Shown piece by piece: positions 42,904-50,515 of a DNA stretch of 64,000 nt; the first letter of the stretch is position 1; each line of letters begins with the position of its first letter. Source of the stretch: a virus. The notes beneath the pieces are model-generated. The model searched no databases. It was not told where the DNA came from and saw nothing but the letters and a program-made list of their open reading frames with translations. Location: IMG/VR virus record IMGVR_UViG_3300035686_000005, positions 1 through 64,000 of that record. One strand, written 5' to 3'. The position numbers and the translations under genes are program-made.

Positions 42904-43989
42904 TTAAATATCCTGAACTATACTTTCTGCAAATTGATCAACCGATTGATTACCAGGAATACGGCTCTTGTGTCCTGTTGTTCCATTCCTGGTATCGTTA
43001 GCATCGATTTTGCCATTAGATAATAAAGCCTGATCAGTAGCAGACAACCGATCGATCGGCTTCTTTTTGCTAGCTCTTTCTAAAGTTCTAGCGATTGTTC
43101 TAAATTCGATCATTGCGTCCTCTGCTGTCATTTCAGAGAAACGATTGAGATCTGTTTGATGATCGTCACTAAAATCAAGATTAAACTCTTCTTTAGTCAA
43201 GCAGTTTTTAACTGCCCATAACTCTAACGCTTGATTGCGAAGTTTCCAATAGTTAGACTCTAAAGTAACTTTATTGAGTTTAGTCTTTAGGTCTTGATTT
43301 TCAGTAGCCAACTGATTACTGTTATCGGCTTTTGGTTCAGTTGATTCTGATGATTTATCACGATCAGCCATATCTTCTAATCCTATAATTTCAATTGGAT
43401 ACTTTTCAATCAGTTCAAAATTTTGTTTTTCATCTTTGGTATACTTGCCAGCATTGGGATTAGCCGGAATGTCCACGGCTGAAACTTCGTGAAGTTCCCA
43501 ATCAATAGCCTTCATAACCGCTGGCTTGACAAGTTCTTTATCTCCGAATTTATCCTCTTTATATTCGGCTTTTGAAATTACTTCCAATGTGTTTACTACA
43601 AAACCAATCGAATTACCCGGTTCTACATCGTCCTCAACATCTTTGAGATATTGATCCGCTTTTTCCGATCGATTCAATTTGACGGTTAATATTAATTGTT
43701 TGTCAATTATTTCCGCTTGTTTAACTTTGCCAATACGAGAGCTGTTAGAGAAAAAGCTGCCAGGATGACCATCGAAAAACAGACACACGCCACTATTAAC
43801 GCGATCAAGCTTGACATGTTCAGGTTTATGGCTAACTATTAGCGTGTAAGGTTCCCATCTTTCCCATGAAAAGCGCTCTACTGGTGTTTCGTCGCTTGCG
43901 ATAATCTTAACCGTCCTATTCTCAACATCAACATCGGACGGCTTAACAGCTCTGCATTGAATAAATTGTTTTGGTTCAAATTTTGTCAT
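42904..43989 (-). CDS. prohead protease / scaffold fusion
   Basis: N-terminal half resembles HK97-type prohead protease; C-terminal coiled coil (NQDLKTKLNKVTLESNYWKLRNQALEL). Confidence 0.55.
   Translation of the reverse strand: MTKFEPKQFIQCRAVKPSDVDVENRTVKIIASDETPVERFSWERWEPYTLIVSHKPEHVKLDRVNSGVCLFFDGHPGSFFSNSSRIGKVKQAEIIDKQLILTVKLNRSEKADQYLKDVEDDVEPGNSIGFVVNTLEVISKAEYKEDKFGDKELVKPAVMKAIDWELHEVSAVDIPANPNAGKYTKDEKQNFELIEKYPIEIIGLEDMADRDKSSESTEPKADNSNQLATENQDLKTKLNKVTLESNYWKLRNQALELWAVKNCLTKEEFNLDFSDDHQTDLNRFSEMTAEDAMIEFRTIARTLERASKKKPIDRLSATDQALLSNGKIDANDTRNGTTGHKSRIPGNQSVDQFAESIVQDI
43261..43273. repeat. TAAAGTWACTTTA copy (W=A)
   Basis: perfect; inside the protease/scaffold gene (NKVTLES). 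Confidence 0.95.
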
Positions 43990-44123
43990 GGCTCAACAAG
44001 CGTCATGACAGAACAATAACACTACGAACATTAATGCAACAAAAAAATAGCTCGATTAACTCCTGAATTCAAATTCAAAAGCAACCAAGCAAAATATATT
44101 TAGATTGAATAAACTATACCACA

Positions 44124-45380
44124 CTACCGTAATTCTTCAGGAATAAAGTCAGGTACTCCCAATATTTTCCGAATTCTGTTTAACATTTCAATGTCTTCTA
44201 ATTCTACTCTCCCTTTACCTATTGCAGATATGGCTATCTCTGCAATCTTCAAACTCATAGGATTTTTCTCATCTATTGCAAAGCTACCATAGTCGGATTG
44301 TTCCCCAAAGTTATAAATAATAATCGGTCGAAACAATTTCTCAACCAACTCTTGACCAAGAAATTGAGCCATAGCCATTACTGACATTTGGAATAGTTCT
44401 AGATGTACGTTGGAAAGTCCGGAGTCCCCTACTCCGCTATTAGTAATCGATACAAGGGTAGGAGGCACTAAGAAAGCAATCATTCTATACTGTTCACACA
44501 GCTTAATAATTCCGGTTAGAAAATCAGCATTTACATTTAATTCGATTGAAAACAAATCATCATCCGGATCAATAACCGTAATACCAGCCGCCCCCAATTC
44601 TTCCAACTGCTTTACGCTATCCCAACCTTTTTTTACCAGGACTTCTTCCCCAGTAGCAGGATTGATCACGGGCAATCCCGTCTCTTGATCAACAAGTATT
44701 ACATCGGCTGATGTCTCTGTTTTCTTAACTAATATTGGAGTGGCTTGACGCTGTCCAGCTAAGGCTAGAACTGGCATGATTAACTTGTGTAGCTCCCAAT
44801 AGGGTAAAGCGGCTTCTACACGCCCCGTACCCAGCTCATAATCAAAACTTAAATCAACACCAGTTACAAGATGTATCCCGGTATCCGCTCTTATTTCCAA
44901 AGGTTGCATACCAGTTTCGTAATATATAATCTTTTCAATTTCTCCCTTTTTCAGATGAAAATCATAATTTATTGGATCATATGTGTAAATTTCGCTTAAA
45001 ATCTTCCGGTTGAATGGTGTATCCTCAACCGCTACTTGACTCCATGAATACCCATACCAATAACAGCTGGCAATTCTTCTAAGAACCTCAAACCAGTTAC
45101 CCTTGCAATTAGATATCGAGTTTCGTATGTCCTTTGTTATGCGTGGCGAAGTATGCGAGTATTCTTTAAAAATTGAAAACAAATATAAAAATATAATCTC
45201 AGTGCAATACTTCGATATCGGATCGACAACTAATAATTCTCTACAGGCTAAAAGATAAAGCCTTTCTTTTCTCTTCCGGTATTCTAGAGAAAAAACACTT
45301 ACAAAGCTAACTAAATCCTCTAAAGTAACTTTATTGATTTTCTTAGCAAATACTTTACCGTTTCCTTTGCTGATAACCAT
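44124..45380 (-). CDS. portal protein (by position)
   Basis: 418 aa immediately downstream of the terminase large subunit, overlapping its 3' end. Confidence 0.5.
   Translation of the reverse strand: MVISKGNGKVFAKKINKVTLEDLVSFVSVFSLEYRKRKERLYLLACRELLVVDPISKYCTEIIFLYLFSIFKEYSHTSPRITKDIRNSISNCKGNWFEVLRRIASCYWYGYSWSQVAVEDTPFNRKILSEIYTYDPINYDFHLKKGEIEKIIYYETGMQPLEIRADTGIHLVTGVDLSFDYELGTGRVEAALPYWELHKLIMPVLALAGQRQATPILVKKTETSADVILVDQETGLPVINPATGEEVLVKKGWDSVKQLEELGAAGITVIDPDDDLFSIELNVNADFLTGIIKLCEQYRMIAFLVPPTLVSITNSGVGDSGLSNVHLELFQMSVMAMAQFLGQELVEKLFRPIIIYNFGEQSDYGSFAIDEKNPMSLKIAEIAISAIGKGRVELEDIEMLNRIRKILGVPDFIPEELR
45321..45333. repeat. TAAAGTWACTTTA copy (W=A)
   Basis: perfect; codons 17-20 of the portal ORF, 22 nt after the terminase stop. 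Confidence 0.95.
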
Positions 45381-47142
45381 ATTGATATTTTGTTAAAGGT
45401 TTACCTAGGCTTCTAGAAGACCCTGGCTTTTTGTGATGTTTCTGATAGATAACAATTGCAGACTCTGCAAACACCAAAGCAAAATAAAAATCGTCGTCAT
45501 GATCATTTGGTCTTATGAATTGACCTGTTTTGATATCTCTCTTGATCGACGTTACATGCTTCTTAAACTTTCTGTGAGGTATGCAATCTAATCGATAGTT
45601 GCAATCAATAAAAGATAAAAATATCTCTTCCTGAAAAAGTGTATTGCTGATTGCAAAGCAGTCAACTTCTAAACCACCATATTCTACCTTAATTTTTGCA
45701 ACATCAGTCATTATGTTGCGTTGATCAGCCATTACAAGTACACCTTGAGAAGCTTTTTCTAATTCGTTTGCAGACTTGCGCCCTGGTTCATTGTCAATTA
45801 CTGCGAAGTCAATTTGATTTGATTGCAGATATGAGATAATATTGCTCTCTTCAATTTCAATTACTGCCCTAATATTTTTTCGTTTGAAGTCCTTAGCATC
45901 TACTTCTAAATCTACCAGGTAATGTGTCCCTGTTCCTTGATCGATGCCCACGATCCGGATAGGGTTGTCTATCTCATATGGCTTGAGATTGACAACCGCT
46001 TCATAGTCTGATGGAGTAATACCAGTTACAGTAAACTTCGATTCTAATCCTAATTTGTTTTGGTGATAAATCAATACAGATTCAGGATCTAATCCGTCTT
46101 TAATCAAATCTCTGAGTCTATACTCATCATCTGGCACCTTAAGCAAGGGACTGAGATAAATACTGATTGAAGGGTAGTATATTGTGTCTTCCGGTATACT
46201 ATCCAGAAATTCGTCGGCTGATAGCAGAGATTGTCTTGAATAAAGCTGACAGTCTTTAATGTTGGTTGTGATGTCTGCATTGCAATTGCTACACGCTACG
46301 AATGGATTGTCCTCAGTTCCATGAAAATCTAAGATTTCGCCTCTATTATTAAAATACTCAAAATTACCCTCTAAAGTTACTTTAGGCTTAAGTAAGTTTC
46401 CTAACGGATGTAACCAGGAAAGTTCCTTACACACAGGACACATTACACCCGGTTCAAAATTGTGCTTGGCGTCTCTGATACCTTGCTCAATACCAGTACC
46501 GCTTCCTGGAGTTCCTAGCTCCCGTATAGGTTTTGATTTTAAACGGGATGCGCCAAGTCTAGGAGAAAGATCAACGTTAGTTTTCCAACTTGATTTTTCT
46601 TCATAATATAATTTACTAGCTTGGAAAGCATTTTGCTCTTTACCTTCTGCCGATCCTCCGCTCTTATCTTCGCTGGATGAATTAGCATGAGTGAAATTCG
46701 CTATTGCCATCCCCATTTTGAAGCGTCTTACACTGTCTCTTTCAACCTTGTAAGGTGTTTGTTGCTTCCAATGCTTGACCATAGCTTGGAACTGGCTAGG
46801 CTGTTGGTTTAGCATACTTTGACCAGATGCATATACCCAACCTATGTTAATCTGTCCATTAATTAAATCATCGATTGCGACCAAATAATTAGCCAAAGAC
46901 TTACTTATCTGGCTTGCTCCCGTTGTCAATACATGCCTAAGTCTGTTATCGGCTGTCAGTCGTAACTGTTGCTTAAACCATAAAGTTACTTTAATCTTTT
47001 CGCCATTCTCATTGCAACCATAGTCGATAATTCTCTGAGTTGCATTGATTGCACCTATCCGTTTAAGTGCATTCTGCAAATAAGTATTTTTGCGACGGTT
47101 TTTATACTGCCGTGCTATGTCTGCAATGGTTTGACCTGGCAT
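45355..47142 (-). CDS. terminase large subunit (GpA-like)
   Basis: 595 aa; P-loop-like TTGASQISKS, Cys pairs CPVCKE...CSNCNAD, nuclease-like IVGIDQGTGTHYLV. Confidence 0.75.
   Translation of the reverse strand: MPGQTIADIARQYKNRRKNTYLQNALKRIGAINATQRIIDYGCNENGEKIKVTLWFKQQLRLTADNRLRHVLTTGASQISKSLANYLVAIDDLINGQINIGWVYASGQSMLNQQPSQFQAMVKHWKQQTPYKVERDSVRRFKMGMAIANFTHANSSSEDKSGGSAEGKEQNAFQASKLYYEEKSSWKTNVDLSPRLGASRLKSKPIRELGTPGSGTGIEQGIRDAKHNFEPGVMCPVCKELSWLHPLGNLLKPKVTLEGNFEYFNNRGEILDFHGTEDNPFVACSNCNADITTNIKDCQLYSRQSLLSADEFLDSIPEDTIYYPSISIYLSPLLKVPDDEYRLRDLIKDGLDPESVLIYHQNKLGLESKFTVTGITPSDYEAVVNLKPYEIDNPIRIVGIDQGTGTHYLVDLEVDAKDFKRKNIRAVIEIEESNIISYLQSNQIDFAVIDNEPGRKSANELEKASQGVLVMADQRNIMTDVAKIKVEYGGLEVDCFAISNTLFQEEIFLSFIDCNYRLDCIPHRKFKKHVTSIKRDIKTGQFIRPNDHDDDFYFALVFAESAIVIYQKHHKKPGSSRSLGKPLTKYQYGYQQRKR
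46372..46384. repeat. TAAAGTWACTTTA copy (W=T)
   Basis: perfect; inside the terminase large subunit (PKVTLEG). Confidence 0.95.
46981..46993. repeat. TAAAGTWACTTTA copy (W=T)
   Basis: perfect; inside the terminase large subunit (IKVTLWF). Confidence 0.95.
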
Positions 47143-47717
47143 TAATTGTACTGAGTTGCATATTCAGTAGCAAAGTCAGAAACTGCTACTCTATTTTGGA
47201 TCTGTTCTGCCACTTCATACAACTGATCGAGTACATATTCTGGTATGTATTCGGAGTTGTTTAAAAATTCAAAGAATATACCCAATTCTTCCCTGACCCT
47301 GCTCTCTGCTATCTGCTGAATTTTGACCTCTACGGGTGCATAAAGACCCAATATCTTAGATCGTTCTTTTGATATCTTTAAAGCCGTCTGAACTGCATCT
47401 AAATCACCGTTTTCAATCTGATCGTAAATCTTATCAAGATAATCATCATAGCGTTTAAGTTCAAGTCCTCTGAGAGCATGTACTGATTGGGTGTTTTCGA
47501 TGCAGATTTGATTCAATGCCCGGTTGCAATCATCAAGAGCTAACCTGTAGGAATATCGAGGTAAATCGAATTCTCTCCTGATCATCTCTTGAATTTCTCG
47601 GTATGTTTTTCCTTGTGCCCTAAGTTCTAAAGCACGGTTAGACCTAATGGCAATTCTTGTGTCCCTTGGTTGCGGTCTTACTAAACCTCGTCTCGTACTT
47701 GCTCGTAATTCTGACAT
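47142..47717 (-). CDS. terminase small subunit (by position)
   Basis: 191 aa, HTH-like ALELRAQGKTYREIQEMI; 1-nt overlap with the large subunit. Confidence 0.5.
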   Translation of the reverse strand: MSELRASTRRGLVRPQPRDTRIAIRSNRALELRAQGKTYREIQEMIRREFDLPRYSYRLALDDCNRALNQICIENTQSVHALRGLELKRYDDYLDKIYDQIENGDLDAVQTALKISKERSKILGLYAPVEVKIQQIAESRVREELGIFFEFLNNSEYIPEYVLDQLYEVAEQIQNRVAVSDFATEYATQYN

Positions 47718-47878
47718 ATTTAGTTTAAATAAAAAGTCTATAAAAACTATAAGAACCTCCCCACATATCAGCTTATGCTCTTAGTAGCGGCTGATCAGGA
47801 CAGGTCATATAGTGAGGCACTTAAAACCAGTAACAGGATCTAAGAACCAATTATTTAATTTTTTGTACCTCACCTACT

Positions 47879-47907
47879 AGTTTAAAGTAACTTTATTGAT
47901 TTGTCAA
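47879..47907 (-). promoter_or_regulatory. promoter-like element upstream of the terminase genes
   Basis: minus strand TTGACA-N17-TAAACT with motif copy 47883-47895 filling the spacer. Confidence 0.4.
47883..47895. repeat. TAAAGTWACTTTA copy (W=A)
   Basis: perfect; lies in the 17-nt spacer of the minus-strand TTGACA/TAAACT promoter-like element upstream of the terminase genes. Confidence 0.95.
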
Positions 47908-47920
47908 TAAAGTAAATTTT
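47908..47920. repeat. degenerate motif copy TAAAGTAAATTTT
   Basis: 2 mismatches; part of palindrome 47890-47913. Confidence 0.6.
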
Positions 47921-47945
47921 TTGGGTTAATATTTCTAATTCCTTA

Positions 47946-48167
47946 TCACTCATCAACAAACCAACCTATCCCCGGAATGTATCTAACCGTTTTACCTTGC
48001 TCTAATTCTTCTGTTGTCAGATCATAATCCCCATACCATTCCGGAATAGGTAAGTCTTTTCGGAGAATACTTTTATCCAAAAATGAAAACCCATCATCAC
48101 CCGGTGTAGTTAACAATCTTTCCATCTCTATTTCCAACTGTTGCTGACGCTCCTCATCATTTACCAT
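47946..48167 (-). CDS. hypothetical protein
   Basis: 73-aa acidic ORF downstream of the polymerase. Confidence 0.5.
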   Translation of the reverse strand: MVNDEERQQQLEIEMERLLTTPGDDGFSFLDKSILRKDLPIPEWYGDYDLTTEELEQGKTVRYIPGIGWFVDE

Positions 48168-48182
48168 AATATCCCTCTCTTT

Positions 48183-50411
48183 TCAAACAAATAAACTCAA
48201 CTGCTCAACTTCCTCTTTCAGGGGTTCAGGTTTAAATTCATCCAGAAAGCAAGCCATCTCTTCATACATTTCTCGAAGTATGTCTGCATAATGAGTAACG
48301 TCATAATCTCCCGTTGTAGTTGGCTGTCCATCAATTCCAATGTAGTAGCTTACCGTGTCTCGTTCCTGTCCAAAACCAAGATTAATCAGTTTTACTTCTC
48401 CTACTCTAATTTTACGAGTTACTGTTAGCTGATCCTTTGGGTATTCTCCAGAAACTAGTAAAGCCAGTGTCTCTTGGTAGTAATCGATTGCAGACTTAGG
48501 CGACTCAGCATACAGTTCTAAAAACCTCACTTGGAATTTCTTCTCAAGAGGTAACTTATCTCGTTTCTTGTATCTTCCTTTGGCGGTCAAACCAAACTTT
48601 TGTTTTTTAGGATTCCACTCAACCTTGATGTAGTTTTTCTTGATATTGCCTAGGTCTAGATCAATCCCGAATTTCATACAAGCTTGCATTATTCGATTGT
48701 AGGAAACCTTTTCGGCTCCGAAATTATCCACTATCCATTGATAAAGTTTTGGGTCTTTTGAAACTGATTTTTCAATGAACTTTTTACCGTTTGTTGTCTT
48801 AAATTTGTAGCTTTTCTCAAAATTTCTCGGTACATCCTCAGGCGGGATAAACAAAATTTTATTGACAGCTTCTAAATCAAGTTTCGATCCAGATGGTATA
48901 TTTTCTTTGATTTGTTCAACTATTGCAACGGCTGAAAGTAGCTTATCACTGGGATTAGGAGGAAGCTTTTTAAGTGTTTCCTGAGATATTGGATAATACT
49001 TGTGTATGTCTGTTTTGTCTGTCTTGACGTATACAGAATCAGTATCTGTCAGAACAACTTGACCACCCATAGCCTCAACAAATCCCATAGCCCACTTAAG
49101 TCTTGCACGAGCAAACAAAGTAACCATTGCAGCTGCAAAGCTATCACCATAAGGAATCTGGGCTTTTAAAGAACCGTATGCACTATTTAGAACTGGCTTA
49201 ATTGCAGTTGTCAAATCAATCTCAGCTTGAGTGATATTTTCCTTATACTTGATTGCCATCCTATACTCAACCCCTTGTTGCATGATTGCCAACATAAGCA
49301 TGTCAGGATCGTGTTGAGAATGAATTCCATATTGCATCATGCATGAAGGATATTGACCTGAAAAGTCACACCCTGCAACATCCGTGTGAATTCCACTCAC
49401 TGTATGAGTAATCGCCCCCTGAATACCATAGGGGACATTAGGCGGCAAGCTTTTTGTATTGGCTTCCCCATAGTAATCGTCTAAATTTGAATTCCACTTT
49501 GAAGCATTACCCGATGTTGCCAACTTTTGCAAGTTGTATTTAGGAAAGTAAACCAACTGATAATAGAGAGACGGCATTAAAAAATCGGCTAGCAATTGAG
49601 TATCTTCCAAGTCATAAAAAAGGTACTCTTTAACTGATTCCCAATTGCCCGTTCTATATGCCTCCTCAAGACCTTCTAAACCTAAATCGAGTCTAGGTGT
49701 GTCCCTTAGTCCAAGCTGTATTGGAAGTTCCTTTAAGCTGTACTTGGTAAACTTTCTGAGTACTGAGTCATAGGCAATCGCTAGTTGGTAAATATCAACG
49801 TGATCGCATCGCTTACCATTGAATTTGCAATACACGGGATAGAACCCGATGTCTTGATAACGTCCAGCCAACTCCGCAGCCGCAAACCTGTATTGATAAT
49901 CGTAACTAATAAAGAATGGACTTCTTATTCCTAACTGCTGTGACTTGTGAAATAGATAGGACAAATCGAAGTTTGTTCCATTGAATGTAAAAAGAATATC
50001 CGGTTGCTTCTTATTGAGAAATCGAAACAGAATCTCTAACATTTGAAGTTCTGATTCTTCTCTAATAAAAACTTTTTGACCCTTCTCATTCATTATCCCG
50101 ATAGCTTTTAGCTGAGAAGATTTAGCCCTCAATTCAGGGTCATCAGTTAATATCTTGGTTGTTTCAATATCAAGGTAGACTTTGGTTAAATTCTCATAAG
50201 GCTCTAAAGTTACTTTAGATTGCCACGTAGGAACGGTCTTTGATGTCACACTAAATATGTCAATACAGCGTTCAGGAGGTGTGATAATATTACCTTTATA
50301 GACAAAAATCCATTCCCTGACTTCATCACAATGCAATTGTCTATCAGCTAACTCGTTATAACGACTTTTAATTAATTGGTACTCGGCTTCAGTCAATTCT
50401 CTATCGTCCAT
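48183..50411 (-). CDS. polB: family B DNA polymerase
   Basis: Exo I DIETT, Exo II FNGTNFDLSYL, Exo III YLFYDLEDT, motif A DFSGQYPS, motif B KPVLNSAYG, motif C LTDTDS. Confidence 0.9.
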   Translation of the reverse strand: MDDRELTEAEYQLIKSRYNELADRQLHCDEVREWIFVYKGNIITPPERCIDIFSVTSKTVPTWQSKVTLEPYENLTKVYLDIETTKILTDDPELRAKSSQLKAIGIMNEKGQKVFIREESELQMLEILFRFLNKKQPDILFTFNGTNFDLSYLFHKSQQLGIRSPFFISYDYQYRFAAAELAGRYQDIGFYPVYCKFNGKRCDHVDIYQLAIAYDSVLRKFTKYSLKELPIQLGLRDTPRLDLGLEGLEEAYRTGNWESVKEYLFYDLEDTQLLADFLMPSLYYQLVYFPKYNLQKLATSGNASKWNSNLDDYYGEANTKSLPPNVPYGIQGAITHTVSGIHTDVAGCDFSGQYPSCMMQYGIHSQHDPDMLMLAIMQQGVEYRMAIKYKENITQAEIDLTTAIKPVLNSAYGSLKAQIPYGDSFAAAMVTLFARARLKWAMGFVEAMGGQVVLTDTDSVYVKTDKTDIHKYYPISQETLKKLPPNPSDKLLSAVAIVEQIKENIPSGSKLDLEAVNKILFIPPEDVPRNFEKSYKFKTTNGKKFIEKSVSKDPKLYQWIVDNFGAEKVSYNRIMQACMKFGIDLDLGNIKKNYIKVEWNPKKQKFGLTAKGRYKKRDKLPLEKKFQVRFLELYAESPKSAIDYYQETLALLVSGEYPKDQLTVTRKIRVGEVKLINLGFGQERDTVSYYIGIDGQPTTTGDYDVTHYADILREMYEEMACFLDEFKPEPLKEEVEQLSLFV
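50205..50217. repeat. TAAAGTWACTTTA copy (W=T)
   Basis: perfect; inside polB (SKVTLEP). Confidence 0.95.
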
Positions 50412-50467
50412 TAGCTTATTCTCCTTTAGGGGATATTAAATCCCCGTGCTTGCACTTTGAATAAATC

Positions 50468-50496
50468 TCTCTTGTAGCTATAATAACTACAAGAGA
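50468..50496. promoter_or_regulatory. 10-bp inverted repeat enclosing a TATAAT in the polB/primase divergent region
   Basis: TCTCTTGTAG-CTATAATAA-CTACAAGAGA. Confidence 0.6.
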
Positions 50497-50515
50497 TTAA
50501 TTTGGCTACACACCT

